A stretch of 63,681 nucleotides of DNA, the filler included, from Octopus bimaculoides (Eukaryota), in the NCBI RefSeq assembly GCF_001194135.2. It is 5 parts of 5 records of this genome, joined end to end, with 100 filler letters (N's around TTAATTAATTAA, not from the genome) between each part and the next. Parts side by side here need not be neighbours in the genome. Positions count along the whole stretch, not along the records: positions 36,894 to 57,272 come from NC_068985.1; positions 57,373 to 61,914 come from NC_068981.1; positions 62,015 to 63,681 come from NC_069005.1; 2 more parts are not named here. One strand, 5' to 3'. The position numbers and the translations under genes are program-made. Shown one piece after another: positions 48,291 through 62,882 of this stretch. The first letter of the stretch is position 1; each line of letters begins with the position of its first letter. The notes below the pieces were generated by a model. The model did no database searches. It saw only the letters and a program-made list of their open reading frames with translations, and was not told the origin of the DNA.

Positions 48291-51200
48291 GTCTAAGGGA
48301 TGCAGTGACCCATGAGTTGAAACTGAGTCTCAAATTCATGGTTGTCACTGCAGAGACTGCGTAGATGGAGGAATTGGGAAAAGGGGATGGAGAGCTTGGT
48401 GTGTGCGTGTGTCTTTATATACATACATAAATGCCCATATATATTCAAGTACATGTTACTTATTGGAGCATAATGCAATCCCATTAGAACTTTGTTGAAT
48501 ATCCGGGTTGATGTCTTAGGAAAACTGAAGAATCTCATGAAAAACCATCTTCAAAATATACAATATTCACACAAGAACATCGTAAGCTGCTTACACAGAA
48601 TTATGTTTGAGAAATACATAAGCATTCAGTGTTTATATTTCTTCATTCATTATCCTAATTTGATATACATATTAGACAAGTAATTGAGAAAGAGGTAAGT
48701 GTATGAGTGTTCTTGTAATTCAGTAACACAATATATTCACGTTTTATTAATTAATGTCAGATGCACTATAATATTTCGCTGACTGTATTTATCTTTAGAG
48801 GATAGTCACATACGCATCAAGTTTCAATCATTTAGATATACACTGTAAGAATTCCTCTGGCAATGTAGGAATCAAGATAATCAAGTTGAAAACGAAATAC
48901 GAAGCCATGCACTAGCCGATCTCATTGGGAAGGTGAACTGTCTTCTAGAAAAGAATAATTGATGACTAGTCATTCTCTTAACAATTCTTTTGGCAGTGCT
49001 TCCATGTCAATAGTTTAAACTTATCGCTTCAAATCAGTCCCAAAATATATTATTGCATTCATAACGTAGCATCATTTAAAACTTATTATTAAATGCGTGC
49101 ATCTCTTATATAGTTAGTAACTTCGTAGGTCTGTATACTCTCTACTGATTTTTATTATTTAAATTCTTCCTTTGAGAAGGGAGCTTATTTCCAACAAAGA
49201 TATAATTCTTCATCCTTTGAAACCAGATTACTAATAGAAAGCCACATTTTGAACTTGGGAAGAGTTTTGCATATTTTTACGGTTCCAATTGCAGATTTGT
49301 TCGTCATGCGCGAATTAGCTGCTGGTTTTCTTTCTTTGGAAATCCATAATTATTCAAACTGACAGTTAGGCATTTACTCACATAACCAAGTGCACAAGTT
49401 TTGCAGTAAATGTGATTAAGTTTGGTTGGGATTCCAGCCAGTATTTTGTACCCGTTTCAAGTATCCGATAGAAGGTACATCATGAGCTGTTTCATAGCAG
49501 TGAGGTAGATCTTGGTCCAGATGTTGGGTCTAAGTAACATGAGAGTAATACTTACGTCTTCTCAGTTAGATTATGGGTGCTGAGTTGTTTTCATCGGTGG
49601 TGTTGTTATATTAAATATGATTGTATTAGTGATACGTCATGCGAGTAGGGTATGTTTTTAGAATCTGGCCTGCATATTCCTACATTGCAGCTACTGATTT
49701 AGGTGGAGGTTGCCGGCATGTGTGTAGGAGAACATTTTCAAAAATATATTTTAAGTGGTCTTCTATATGTCTCTCTCTGATGATGATAGTGTTATATTTA
49801 TTGCGTATGTATTATGTATGTATGCTTACATTCATGCATGCATACAATTATATATANNNNNNNNNNNNNNNNNNNNNNNNNNNNNNNNNNNNNNNNNNNN
49901 NNNNNNNNNNNNNNNNNNNNNNNNNNNNNNNNNNNNNNNNNNNNNNNNNNNNNNNNNNNNNNNNNNNNNNNNNNNNNNNNNNNNNNNNNNNNNNNNNNNN
50001 NNNNNNNNNNNNNNNNNNNNNNNNNNNNNNNNNNNNNNNNNNNNNNNNNNNNNNNNNNNNNNNNNNNNNNNNNNNNNNNNNNNNNNNNNNNNNNNNNNNN
50101 NNNNNNNNNNNNNNNNNNNNNNNNNNNNNNNNNNNNNNNNNNNNNNNNNNNNNNNNNNNNNNNNNNNNNNNNNNNNNNNNNNNNNNNNNNNNNNNNNNNN
50201 NNNNNNNNNNNNNNNNNNNNNNNNNNNNNNNNNNNNNNNNNNNNNNNNNNNNNNNNNNNNNNNNNNNNNNNNNNNNNNNNNNNNNNNNNNNNNNNNNNNN
50301 NNNNNNNNNNNNNNNNNNNNNNNNNNNNNNNNNNNNNNNNNNNNNNNNNNNNNNNNNNNNNNNNNNNNNNNNNNNNNNNNNNNNNNNNNNNNNNNNNNNN
50401 NNNNNNNNNNNNNNNNNNNNNNNNNNNNNNNNNNNNNNNNNNNNNNNNNNNNNNNNNNNNNNNNNNNNNNNNNNNNNNNNNNNNNNNNNNNNNNNNNNNN
50501 NNNNNNNNNNNNNNNNNNNNNNNNNNNNNNNNNNNNNNNNNNNNNNNNNNNNNNNNNNNNNNNNNNNNNNNNNNNNNNNNNNNNNNNNNNNNNNNNNNNN
50601 NNNNNNNNNNNNNNNNNNNNNNNNNNNNNNNNNNNNNNNNNNNNNNNNNNNNNNNNNNNNNNNNNNNNNNNNNNNNNNNNNNNNNNNNNNNNNNNNNNNN
50701 NNNNNNTATATATATATGTATGTATGTATGTATGCATGTATGCATGAAAGCGCACATATAAGAGAACTAGTATCGATAAACATTCTATAAACAAGTAATT
50801 TCTTGAATTTAAACCAGAGAGCGATAAACACTTGTTAGATTCAATAATCTGAGATATTTTGGCTGACGTGTCACAACAATGTTGCATTACTGGGTTTCCG
50901 AAAGTTCCCTTACGTTAATGGGCCGAGTGTGTTAAGAAAACACATTTGTCTGAAAGGGGATCTTTTCCAATGACAAAACATCACAGCGAATAACATATAT
51001 ATGTTCGATTAAGACACACACACCCACGCACACATGTTTATATATAGAGACAGCTAAACTGTTGTATGGCGGCGACGACTATCTTGATATATGTATGTGT
51101 ATGCCTTATTCTATGTACACACATTTTTGAGACTATACTTCTGAGTAACGATAATATATATCCAGTAATTTTTCTGCACCGTACTTGTTTTCGAGCACAT

Positions 51201-52386
51201 TAGTAATGTCTGTTATTCAGCATCCATATTTCTTCCTATTTACTGGTATCTGATCATTTCTATTTAATACTAATGAGGCCGTTATATAATTTTGAAATCA
51301 GCTAACTCAGCAAATTGCATAACTAGGTAGTGCCTCAAGTATGGCTGAACATTGAACCTAATGAAATGTTGCTTGCATATGATTTTCTTTCCATGAATAT
51401 GATTTAAATGATGTTAGGAAAATGTAAAATTACACAAACACTTATATATATACACGTGTATATATGCGTATCTTTCTGTTTGCTGTTGTCTGCGTGTGTG
51501 AATATATATGCAAAGCATATAAAAATGTTCACAAATTTTTAAGGCATATATGTATTTATATACATAGGCAGGCTATCAAAGGCTTCCATATTAGCATATA
51601 CGTATCTGTGCATGCATGTACACACACACACACACATGCATTTATATGTATATGTAAATATACATATATATGTATACATGCATGTGTATATATATACATA
51701 CACAAATGCGCGCAGGCACATACACACACACGCGCACATACACACACACGCGCACATACACACACATACGCATACAATTGCTATTCCTATCTTTCGCTTT
51801 TTTTCTGTCTAATGAGGAGAATCTTAAAAATATAAATATCGTATTTTTGAAGCATTTGTAATCAAGGTTTCTCACTGGTTTGCTGATTATTATGATCACC
51901 TGATCGATATTTATGTATATACGTAGCCTATAACAAACTCATGGTATGACCAATTTAATCCCAGAAACTAGTATTACGGTAGATCAAATTTTCTACCAAA
52001 TCCTTTCCGTAATTTAACCTCCACTCTTGCTATTTACATACCGGTCTGATGATACAAATGTTTTAAACTCGACGTTTATATTTCTATAACAACAACAACA
52101 ACAAAAATCCGTAAATACTTTTCCTATAGATTAAAACATACGCATATTCTGAGCCACTGGTTGCAAATATAGAATTCGAAGAAAAAAATAAACCACTTGT
52201 GTTAAGCAAATTTTAGTTGTAACTTTAGTAGACTTATAGCTATGATGTCACGCAATATTCACAATAACAAACACACTACCTTTCACTCTTCATCTGTCGA
52301 AAGATAGTTTCGTTTTATTGGTGAGTAGAGACACTTCATCGTCAAATGTCAGGTACTATCTACTTTTACTACTGGGTAATCACAAA

Positions 52387-52970
52387 TTATAAATCTTTAT
52401 CTTCTGCACGTTTTCTTTGATGCCTGTATGTAGTTTCTCGTGAGTGTCTCACCGATTTTGGAGCAATCACCTTTGTGCACACGTTTGCCAACACAGTGAT
52501 GGCTTTCGAACGTATTTTCATAATGCTGGTGGAACATTTGACGGGTGTACTCATACAGCTGCTCTCCATTTTGTCTTTTCAATCAGATATTTCATGACAA
52601 GAAACAATTTTGCATCATCTGAATGTTCTGGTACTGGATTATAGTTGCAAGGGCATCACCATCAATGCTGCTTGTTTCTATGTATGTAAGTGTATATCAA
52701 TGCAAATCTTTAGCATTTTCTCTCTCGAGTGTAGAGCTTCATTTCATTTAACCTCTCCTGCTTCACCAAGTCAATCTTCTCTCTGTAATCGGCGTTGGAT
52801 TGCCTCGAATTCTGTTATTAACTTGACACTTTCTGGCGAACATATTTGGATGCAGTAATCTAGGTGATTGAGAACAAATGTTCTCTATAGCAGATGCATG
52901 GTGTTCCTTTTCATGTCGTAACATTGATTGCAGCTTAACTTTGAGGCTGGGAGTGTGCTTTAGTGAAATC
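52387..52970 (-). mobile_element. Possible decayed LTR-retrotransposon gag fragment
   Basis: Broken frames SVKLITEF.., IDGDALATI and MKRQNGEQLYEY loosely resemble Ty3/gypsy gag motifs (FDG, L.GDA, Q..GESL.EY). Confidence 0.35.
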
Positions 52971-54484
52971 ATTTATGAACATTTCGTCGTAGAAACTATT
53001 TTTTAATAATGATGTTCAGTCTGAAATTCCTTATAAGATACTCTACGAAACGAAATGAAATGGTATGAAGTTATATTTAATAAATTAGTAAATTCAGTGG
53101 ATATGATATTATATACACACTTCCTAAAAACTTTTAATAAATGTGTGTCAAAATAAATGTGCCATGGCAATACCATTCATACAATAATACTGGCTTAGGA
53201 TAGTTGGCTATTGTAAGATACTTCATACTTATATAAAGTTTCTAATTTGGTAAATTTTAAAGGACAACACATAAAATAAGCACTTAGTTTCTTGACTAGT
53301 GATTCATTCAGTGATTATTTATATTCAATTAGATATTTACATTTCATATTAAGTTTGATAGCAGAATATCTTATCACAAAAATTTAATTTTATAGAACGA
53401 TTGTTCTTCACGAAATGTAGCTAATTATTTTCTTGAAAGCATATCAAATTAATTAAACGCGACGTGATTTCATTAACGTATATGATGATTGTAAAGTGAA
53501 AGTATAGTCCCCGCGGTGCTGTACTGAATACAGAAAAATCACACATTCAGACGCATGTACACACAAATATATAGAAGTTTATGCAGTTTCGCATACAAAA
53601 ATTAACACAAACACGCGCGTATTGGTGTATGTATACTTGTAACTGTATTGTTTAGTAAATATGAAAGCATGCACTAACGTGTATAGGTATCCGTGTATGT
53701 ATGTGCGAATATATGTATGTATGCTACCGTTAAAAGGCAAATATGTCAACACGATTCAATAACAAGATTAGATAAAGGTTTCTTTCAGAGGCATACACTT
53801 TAGGTGTGATTTGTTTGCTTGTAACAAAGTCATTTATAACGATGTTTACATTTAAACGATATTTACATTCATAATGTGTTAATTAACATGTAATAATGCT
53901 AGACAGAATATGCAAAAATAGCTTAAATATTCAAGAACATTGTCTTGTGTGTATACGGACCGACTTTAATGAGCTGAAGATGATTTCCATTTCCTTTTCA
54001 TTTTTTTCTTCACTGAACTGATTTTATCATAATTTGGTTTCAAGTTATTATTCGGCTATGTAGCAGTGGTGTAAGATACTAGTTGTAATATATTTTCGTT
54101 AATTTTTCTTTACCCAACAGTAGTCAACTGACATTGCATAGAATTGAGGTGAAGCTGCAGATATTTTTCTTGCCTTAGCCATATCGGTATATCATTTATA
54201 GTATAGCCAAATCAGAAATTCTAACATAGTAATTATGCATATTATAATTAAGCACAGATGTGGCAGTTTATATTAATTATGCTGGAAAATGTAATCCCAA
54301 ATGTGATTCAATTATAATTTTAGTGGTTAGATTTCATTCGAGATATATACACTTAATGTGGAGTTAAATGTTTCACAGCTCTCTATTCACACACAACGAA
54401 ATAAATATACACTCTGCTATATATACTCTATTTTTATGAACTTATTTTTATCTTTATTGTATTTCGTATTACAGTACGAATTTC

Positions 54485-54520
<36 letters not shown>

Positions 54521-55361
54521 CCGATCTTTTAACAATGTACTCGTTGAAGTATCAAATATCACATCTACGTTGAAAACCGGTTGATGAAGATATCGCAAGG
54601 TGTTTGAACGATTAATTGCCGTTTATTCTAAATCATAAATTTATCCTAAAACAACCGGTATGTTTTCTATTTTCGTTTACAACAAAAATAAAACACACCA
54701 TGAGGCACGTATAGACGTGGATAATAAGAAATACTTCACGCGTCAAAACCTCCACTGATGGACTGTGAGAATTAATAATTAATATTTTAACATAAATCTT
54801 ACATAAATATGCGTTTCATCTATCCACGCAACTTTTATTCATCTATAATCTTATCTCCACAGATTAGAAGGAATTGAACACGTTACTTTGTATTGTGGTA
54901 GATTTTTAATAGGTACTAAATTGTCTCTGTAGATGTAATAGCCTGAAAGCAAATATTTATATTATGGTGTAACAGAATGTGTTATAATGCATATAAAAAG
55001 GTGATGTTTTTGGAGGCACTAATTATTCAGCATTGATGAGAGGATTGTTGACATTATGAATGAAATATAAAAATTTATCAGGGATCGTCATATTTCTGAA
55101 GAATACGCAAAGAGAAATATACTTTTTCGCTTGTAATATTGACGTAAATCAGTTGGATTAAGATATCTTGGTAAATGGGTGAAGGAGGTGAGGTGGTGGA
55201 AATTTTAGCACACCGAACAGAATGCATAGCGGCATTTCAAATGCCTTTATGTGCTTAGTTCAAATCACGCCGAGCTGTAATTCGACTTTCATCGTTTACT
55301 ACAAAACGCACACGTAGGACAGACACCAGAATCCTAATACTTCATCGACCGAGAAATACTA

Positions 55362-55991
55362 ATACCTAGTGTCGTGCCTGTAACGATAAGAGTAGGAATT
55401 ACGTATATCGGTGGAACCCGCAAGATTGCGAACAATTCAGGCTCGATTGGAGGATTTATATCCCGACTTTTGTTAATAGTAATTTTGTATACAATATTTG
55501 CGAATATTTCCTTCTTTGTCTATCGTCTTGATATTCCTCTTCTAGCCTCCCTCTCTCCGTCTCACTCGTATTCTTACATTTAATTGTAGACTTTCTACCT
55601 TCCTTCTTTTGTTCCTTCTTTCTCTGTCTGCCACTCCTCTCTCCTTCCTTCCCTTTTACCGTGACCAGTCACAGATTTTCTTTCTTCTGCCCCTTTGACA
55701 CTTGACGCCTTACGTGCTGGTCAAACTTTTCTCTTTTCTAAATTTTGTTATTTATCTTCTCTTTTTTTCCTCCTCTCAATTCGTCTTTAGCCCAGAGGCT
55801 ATATTTATTTATTTATTTATTTAATTATTTATTTATTGTCTTCGTCTATCGTTTCAAATTACTGTTGTTTACATTCGTACCTCCATACTGTATAATTTAT
55901 TTTGCTCCACACCTAATTCTCCGCAAATCTTGCGGGTGCTGTCGATATACGAACTTGGTAGACTTATCATTAAAGGCATGAAACTAGGTAT
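55362..55991. repeat. Old inverted-repeat element with ~80-bp diverged arms
   Basis: tacctagt..gcctg..cgtatatcg..cccgcaagattgcg (55362-55445) versus cgcaaatcttgcggg..cgatatacg..ggcatgaaactaggta (55920-55991). Confidence 0.55.
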
Positions 55992-56090
55992 GTCTACATG
56001 CCGGTCGATAACTGATGACGTATTAGGGTTCTGGTGTCTGTCTTATGTGTACGTTGGTAGTATTTAATGCATTTTCATTTATATATATGC

Positions 56091-56127
<37 letters not shown>

Positions 56128-56929
56128 TATATATATAACTCATGATTCCATTGTCTTTATATGTCATGAGCAACAAGATTGCAATATCAAATGGCTGCTT
56201 AGACACATTTCATTTCCACTTATATACAAAAAAGAACCAAGTAACAATGATTAACAAATCACAGTTTTTGCCAGTAACAGGTAGGTTGTGTGAACATTCG
56301 TTATGATCATATGTAGCAATACACGAATAGGATTGAGTACACGTTTTCGATGCCTCTGGTGCTATTTCATTATGTATGTGCTTAATATTTATATGAATAT
56401 AACTTACTAATGTTTGCTGTATGATTACAATTCCTCAGCTTATACATGCTATCGCATAAATGTACTGCCAATCATGGAAACAATGTATTCCTTCGTTAGT
56501 TTTAATTTTTTATCTTAGTAATTAACACCGAATATTAATTCTCATCAGGGAATGTGGATTCATAGAATATTTACGGCTGAATAGATTTGAATGCCGTTTT
56601 GAAATCATTTCATCGAGATGGTTTACTAAGAAAAATATAGAAGAAATTATTACTGCATGGTATTAGATGTATTTCATTAAGAAAAGTATATACATATATT
56701 AAAACAAAAATAGTTTCACGCTACAGAATTCACAGTCAATTTTTTTTTTTTCATGGTTAACCAAAACTTATTTAGAAGAACATTGACAAACCTGTAAACA
56801 GCTATTACTAGTATACGATTTTTGAATTATACAGCTAATTTCTTTCACAACATTATTTTTTTGAATTATGAAAGTAACTTTAAATACCTCATACTGTAGA
56901 TAAATATATGGGTGTGCCTTACGAAGAAG

Positions 56930-57271
56930 ACAACCCCAGAGTGGCCAACAACAGGAATACTAACCTCGTTGACACTCAATTCTTCAACATACATGACAAA
57001 ACATAAGATATGAGCCGGGTATACCCAACAACATTACCCTTCAACAAAAGAGTCTGCATCCCTAGACATACTCATGACCACATGGAAGCACAGTTCACTA
57101 TAGCTAGGACAAAACTTAGACAGATTTTAGAAATATACACTAAAAGACAGAGACAGAATAAGACAGAGGCCCAACAACTTGGGAATATACCCGCAAGTGG
57201 CCTACACAAGCTCATGCAGCGCACGAAAAATGGAGAAGTGGTATGCCTTCCCACAGATAAGTCCGGCAGAA
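56930..57271 (+). mobile_element. Penelope-like element ORF fragment just upstream of the RT domain, cut by a gap
   Basis: GLHKLMQRTKNGEVVCLPTDKSGR resembles the PLE motif L..L.....IVV.P.DK.G. Confidence 0.65.
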
Positions 57272-57779
57272 TNNNNNNNNNNNNNNNNNNNNNNNNNNNN
57301 NNNNNNNNNNNNNNNNTTAATTAATTAANNNNNNNNNNNNNNNNNNNNNNNNNNNNNNNNNNNNNNNNNNNNTTGGAGAAGTATTTTATGGATAGAGTCT
57401 TACAGCTGTTTCTGGGAAGACCCAGTACTTCCCTTCATCGGAGACAGAAAAAATAAAGTAATCTATTATTATATCCATAGGCGGATATTTTTAGTATGAA
57501 GTGGTAAAGAGTGTGATGTGCTGAAAAAAGAGAGAACAGTACTTGAAGTGTAGTTTCATTCCAGTGGTGAATATCCGTGTAGAAATCCGTGCAAAGTAAT
57601 CCATGTGTGGATAATCCGGAAATTTATGTTGGAGCGAAAGTTGATATAGCATAGATAGCAGAGGTACATATATTCCATATTGCGATGGATTTTTGCTTGT
57701 TTACTTGAAGAATGGCCAAGCTATCCCCTTTCATATTCTGTCTTCATGACTTGACCTAATTACCGCTCACTTTTCACTT

Positions 57780-57920
57780 GACTTGGCCAGAACTTATTCT
57801 TCGGAAGACTAGTACTTATTCTATCGGTCTCTTTTGCTGAACTGCTAAGTTAACGGGACCTAAACACACCAGCGTTGGTTGTCAAGTGATGTTGGGGGCG
57901 ACAAATACAGACACACAAAC
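57780..57920 (-). mobile_element. 3' part of a CORE-type SINE
   Basis: ctagtacttattctatcggtctcttttgc.gaac.gctaagtta..gggac.taaacacaccagc..ggttgtcaag; reverse complement of the 22510-22715 family. Confidence 0.7.
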
Positions 57921-57929
57921 ATATACACA

Positions 57930-58790
57930 CACATATGAAACATGGGCCATGACTGCTGGAGACATGCATAGACTTCACAGAAATGAAACTAGTATGATCC
58001 ACTGGATGTGTAATGTCAGTGTGCACACACGAGAAAGTGTAAGCGCTCTGAAAGAAATGTTGGACATAATGTGCTGCATATGGATGATGAGAGCTGTGTG
58101 AAGAAGTGTCACTCCCTAACCTGTGGAAGAGGGTGACCCAAGAAGACATGGGATGAGGTGGTGAAGCATGACCTTTGAACATTGGGCCCAACAGAAGCAA
58201 TGACAAGAGACCGAGACCTCTGCACATATGCAGTGATTGAGAAGACTTGGAAAGTAAAGTGATATCACAGCCAAAGCCTATACCAGTGTCACATAACCAG
58301 CCCATTTAAAAAGTACCTTTGAATCATCAGGCAGCAGACTGTACTTGAGAAGACCTCTTGAGTCAAGTAAAATCAAAATCAAAATTATTATCAGAATCTC
58401 AATCAAATTGAAATCAAAATGGAAATTGTAGTTGTGGCTGATGCCAGTGCCACCTGACTGGCACCCATGCCGGTGGCATGCAATAAGCACCATTCATGAG
58501 TGGGTTGATGCCAGTGCTGCCTGACTGGCTCCCTGTGCTGGTGGCACATAAAAAGTACCATCCGAATGTGGTCAATGCCAGCCCTGGCTGGCTCCTGTGC
58601 TGGTGGCACATAAAAAACACCCACTATACTCTCAGAGTGGTTGGCATTAGGAAGGGCATCCAGCTTTAGAAACCTTGCCAGATCAGATTGGATCTTGACG
58701 CAGCCTCCTAGCTTGCCAGTCCCCAGTCAAACCGTCCAACCCATGCCAGCATGGAAAACAGACGTTAAACGATGATGATGATGATGATAA
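57930..58790 (+). mobile_element. RTE-clade LINE 3' end (end of ORF, 3' UTR and (GAT)n tail)
   Basis: ETWAMTAGDMHRLHRNETSMIHWMCNVSVH..PRKTWDEVVKHDL..MTRDRDL; tail gacgttaaacgatgatgat. Confidence 0.85.
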
Positions 58791-59227
58791 TATAGACATA
58801 TAAATAGACATACATGTACACAAGCACACACACAACAGAGACATGTGCACTTTCTGTTGCTTATTGTTCAATTATGAGATTAACAGCAAACTAAATTGGA
58901 AATAATGTTTTATACACACTCTTTACAAATTACTATATTTATTTATTAATTATTTTCAGTTGTTACTACTCTCAGCTGTTGGCCTACGGCCATACTGGAG
59001 CACTTAAATTCATTCATTTATATTATTTTGGCATCTTCTGAACTAAAATAATTTTTATTAAAACATCAATCATGTTAATTAATAAATGAATCAATTACTT
59101 AATGAATAGACCAACATATAATTTATTAATTTCATCACTTGTTTGCTTGTTTGCTTGTTTACTTTCTTAACTTTTTGATGAAGTGAGAAGCATACACAAT
59201 TTTCAATGTCTTAATGGCATATATTTT

Positions 59228-59430
59228 AACCCTCTTCATACCAACCTGCCTAAGACTGTCCTGGTTCTATGACACAAACTTCTTGTTTTAAAGCGATTTT
59301 AATTAAAACCGTTATCATTACGAACACAAACTTAACAATGGCAAATTTATTTTATTCAATATTTATGTTTTACAAATTAATTGAAATAAAGGCAGTGAAT
59401 TTCAACAGAGATATAGTAATGAAAGGGATG
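59228..59430. mobile_element. piggyBac-like MITE, reverse orientation of the 18451 family
   Basis: ttaaccctc..ataccaacctg..ctatgacacaaacttcttg..; ends gtaatgaaaggg. Confidence 0.55.
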
Positions 59431-59705
59431 AATTAACTCTTGAAAAATGGATGTAATGTAGATTTGATTTAAATAGTTTTTAATAAATTGATACTGAAAT
59501 CCACTACCTTCAATAAATCAGTTAATTATTAATCATGAAGAAACCTCTGTGCAATCATTTAATTTGCTAGAAATAAAGGCTAAATGTCCCTCAGATCATG
59601 CTGCAGTGTTTCAAAAATGGAAGGACACATTTGATCATGTTTTCAACATACCCCTTGACAAAACAGGAAAATAATATTTGGAATACTTTCAAGATTAATT
59701 CAGGC

Positions 59706-59881
59706 CAAGGGTCTCCAAAGTCATCAGTATCGACCCCTGGGGGTCGATGGGACTATTCAAGGGGTCAATAAATGCACATCAACTTAGTTATCATGATTAT
59801 CTATTTATTTTTTTGTACATACCTGGGGGTCTATGAGGGGTCATGAAGGGGTCGATGGTCTAAAAAGTTTGGGGACGCCTG
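59706..59881. mobile_element. hAT-type MITE
   Basis: TIRs CAAGGGTCTCCAAAGT / AGTTTGGGGACGCCTG; 8-bp TSD ATTCAGGC / ATTTAGGC. Confidence 0.85.
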
Positions 59882-59998
59882 ATTTAGGCCTTGACAATGA
59901 CAGTAATAAGGAAAATGAGTTGATTAACTGAAATCAAAAGTTGTTTTTTTTGTTTAAAAAACATCTTATTCTTTCATTGTATAAGGATATAGCAAATA

Positions 59999-61172
59999 TG
60001 AGGGCTGGCTGGAAACTTCATAGGCTGACCAAAATACTCTCATGTAATGAGACCAAATCTGGTTTATTTTTCAACATAGCACCCTTGCAGTCCACACGGT
60101 TCTATCATCAGGGTTACAATGCTTGGATCCCATTGATGAAGAAGCTTTCATCATGTTGGTCAAAAGAGTCAGCAACAGTTGATATGACGTCAGCATCACC
60201 ACTGTACTGGTTCCTTGCCAAGTGTTTTTTTCCATGTTGGGGAACAGACTGCAAGTGTTGGAGCATTGACCTGATGAAACAAAACCCCTTTCATCAGTTT
60301 TCCTGGGTGTTTGGTCCTGATAGCTTTTTGTAACTGCCTCAGCAATTTAGCATTGTTAATAAGCACAATGCTACTTGCATTCGAAAAAGCTGAGGTCGTC
60401 ACCTTCCTTGTAGATGAAGCAACCTTGACCTTCTTTGGAGCAGATGAGAAGGGGTGTTTTTACTGCATGGATTATCCTTTTGTTTCTGGCTCAGAACTCA
60501 ACACTCATCCTGGGTTAAGAAACGTTCAAGGAAACCAGCTGGATCTGCCTCAAATAATGTCAGATTTTCCCATATTGTGATCAGCCTAGTGCTTTTGATC
60601 AGGTATAAGAAAATGTGGTACCCACTGAGCAGAAACTTTCATCATGCCAAGTTCATTGTGCAGAATATTCTCAACTCTCACTGGATAAGCTAATAGCATA
60701 AGCTATTTCATTTATAATCAATTGCCTATCATCTGTTACCATGTGGTGAAAACGATCGATGTTTTCCTCAGTAGTGGCAGTTGCAGGATGTTCAAATCTT
60801 GGGTCATCGTCAAGACTTCCCTTTCTCCTCCTAAATTCAGCTGCTCCCATTTGCACTGTTAATAAAGCTGGGGAATTACCCCCCCCCCCCAGTGTAGTAA
60901 CCATGTCAGCATGAATGTCCTTGCAGGCCAAACCCTTTTCCTGCAGGTATTTAATAACAGCACAATGCCAAAATTTTGTTCATTTGAAGAGTAGTCATTA
61001 CTAAGTACTTTTGAAGCCTTTTTTGAACAGTTAGATATCAGTTTGCCTGAAAAAACAAAACAAAAACAAAGTTGTTATTCATAAGAAGTGCTGAAATTAA
61101 TGCATGCAAGATTACACAGCTCTAGTATCACTCCTTCATAGATCACCCAATGACCTTTTCAGCCCGCCTTCG
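59999..61172 (-). mobile_element. Decayed mariner transposon
   Basis: TA-flanked TIRs TGAGGGCTGGCTGGAAACTTC / GACCTTTTCAGCCCGCCTTCG; fragments KDIHADM..SLDDDPRFEHPATATTEENI and AIRTKHPGKLMKGVLFHQVNAP. Confidence 0.9.
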
Positions 61173-61883
61173 TAAAGCATTAAGCCCTCAATGAACTGCA
61201 TATGTGGAAAAACCTCTGGAATTCTTTTGTCAGGATTCTAATCCCCTTACAATAAAAATCATATCATCCAACATCCATTTCCTTGTCCCCCAAAATTCCA
61301 AGTTGTGATAATTGTAATTCTTCTTTGTATAACATTACATAATATAATGTATCTAAGACTACCTTTTCCAATGTGTCCTACTATCTTTCTCGAAACAGTA
61401 AGGTGTAATAAGAGGGAATTTGGTTGCTGGAGTAGATTAAGTAGGTACATAGAAGCTACTTGTGTAGATGTGAAAACCATGTGTAAAATGACTTTCATGA
61501 TATGTCTGCTTAATTAAAGTTAAACTAGGATAAATTACGTCTACACTAGATATATAACCATCACCAACTGTCTTAGAGTATTATCTCTCCTATCTTGTAT
61601 AAATGACAATAAACAGATCATTTCTGTAGACATACCATCCATTTACCCAATAAAAGCCTGCTAGTTGCATGAAACAGTTTATGATTAACCCAATTTATAA
61701 TACTTCTGATGATTCAGGTGAACAGTGATTTTAAATTAGTTTATTTAAATTAAATTAAATTAATTAATTATGTATCTTAATTATGTGATTATGGAATTAA
61801 TGATGTTTATACTAATGAAACAGCTGTTGAGCATAATTAAATTATTAGCTGTAAGTGAAATTTATACCCTTGTGCTCTTTATT

Positions 61884-61914
<31 letters not shown>

Positions 61915-62694
61915 NNNNNNNNNNNNNNNNNNNNNNNNNNNNNNNNNNNNNNNNNNNNTTAATTAATTAANNNNNNNNNNNNNNNNNNNNNNNNNNNNNN
62001 NNNNNNNNNNNNNNGTTCTAACGGGTGCTTTTAATAAGACCCAACGGAAGGGGTCCTATTAGAAATTTCTTTCTCTAATATTACATTATTTACATTTGGG
62101 GATCCACCAGAAAAAAATGGTAATCAAAGGGGTCCATAGAGAAAAAAAATGGTTGGGAAACTCTGCACTAAAAGAAAAACCAGGCCAGGAGTGCAGTTTC
62201 TTTGCTGGCGTTTATTTCCGAATGCATGAAAAAGGGTTGGATCGACGAGGTTTTTTAAAATGTTGCCTGGTAAGCGTTTATGCAGGAAAGCCAGGATGAC
62301 ATCATCGTGTGGAAAGAGGAAAGGAGTGGGGGGAAAACTATTGCAGCAGATAAGACAACAACTGACCTTTGACACGATGACGCATGTATGACGTCAGCTG
62401 AGCGTTTCGTCCAGTCGATGGAAGAGGAGTGTGACAAGGAATGTGAAAGAGTTTCAGCTACATATACATGTTACACCTGTATTTGTTAGTTGGTCAATTG
62501 GAGTTATTTTTTTAAGACAGATTTAAGAATAACAACGGAACGGTTACTCGTGGGGTGTGGGGTTCAATAGTAAGGGCTGCGGTTTCGGTTTGGATTAAAT
62601 TTATGGTAAAGTACATGTTGACTGGGACTTCGCAGTATATCTGTATAATTGTAAATGTTTTTCTCTACCAGAATAATATTGTTACTAAATAATT

Positions 62695-62882
62695 GCTTTC
62701 AAATTTTGGCACAAGGCCAGCAGTTTCTGGAGAGGGACTAAATCGATTACATCGTCCCCAGTGTTCAACCCGAAAAAAAAGGGAAAGTCAACCTCGGCGG
62801 AATTTGAACTCAGAACAAGAAGACGGACGAAAAGCCGCAAAGCATTTCGCCCGACGTGCTACCGATTCTGCCAGCTCGCCGC
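62695..62882 (-). mobile_element. SINE family A
   Basis: ctgccagctcgccgc head on the minus strand, cggcggaatttgaactcagaac box B, and tail. Confidence 0.88.

Noticed and set aside
13793-50887. Long ORFs in the supplied track (up to 401 aa)
   Set aside because: They are open only because they span N gaps or TA/CA microsatellites (poly-X, YIYI, CVCV).
61795-61835. GAAAC-AGCT-GTT palindrome
   Set aside because: Upstream core is ATGATGT and there are no supporting stems; expected by chance in AT-rich DNA.
23261-61970. Repeated TTAATTAATTAA motif
   Set aside because: It always sits inside N runs; a synthetic six-frame-stop spacer, not genomic sequence.
62395-62460. Minus-strand GGACGAAACGCTC suggesting a hammerhead
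   Set aside because: No CUGANGA at a compatible position and no stem I.
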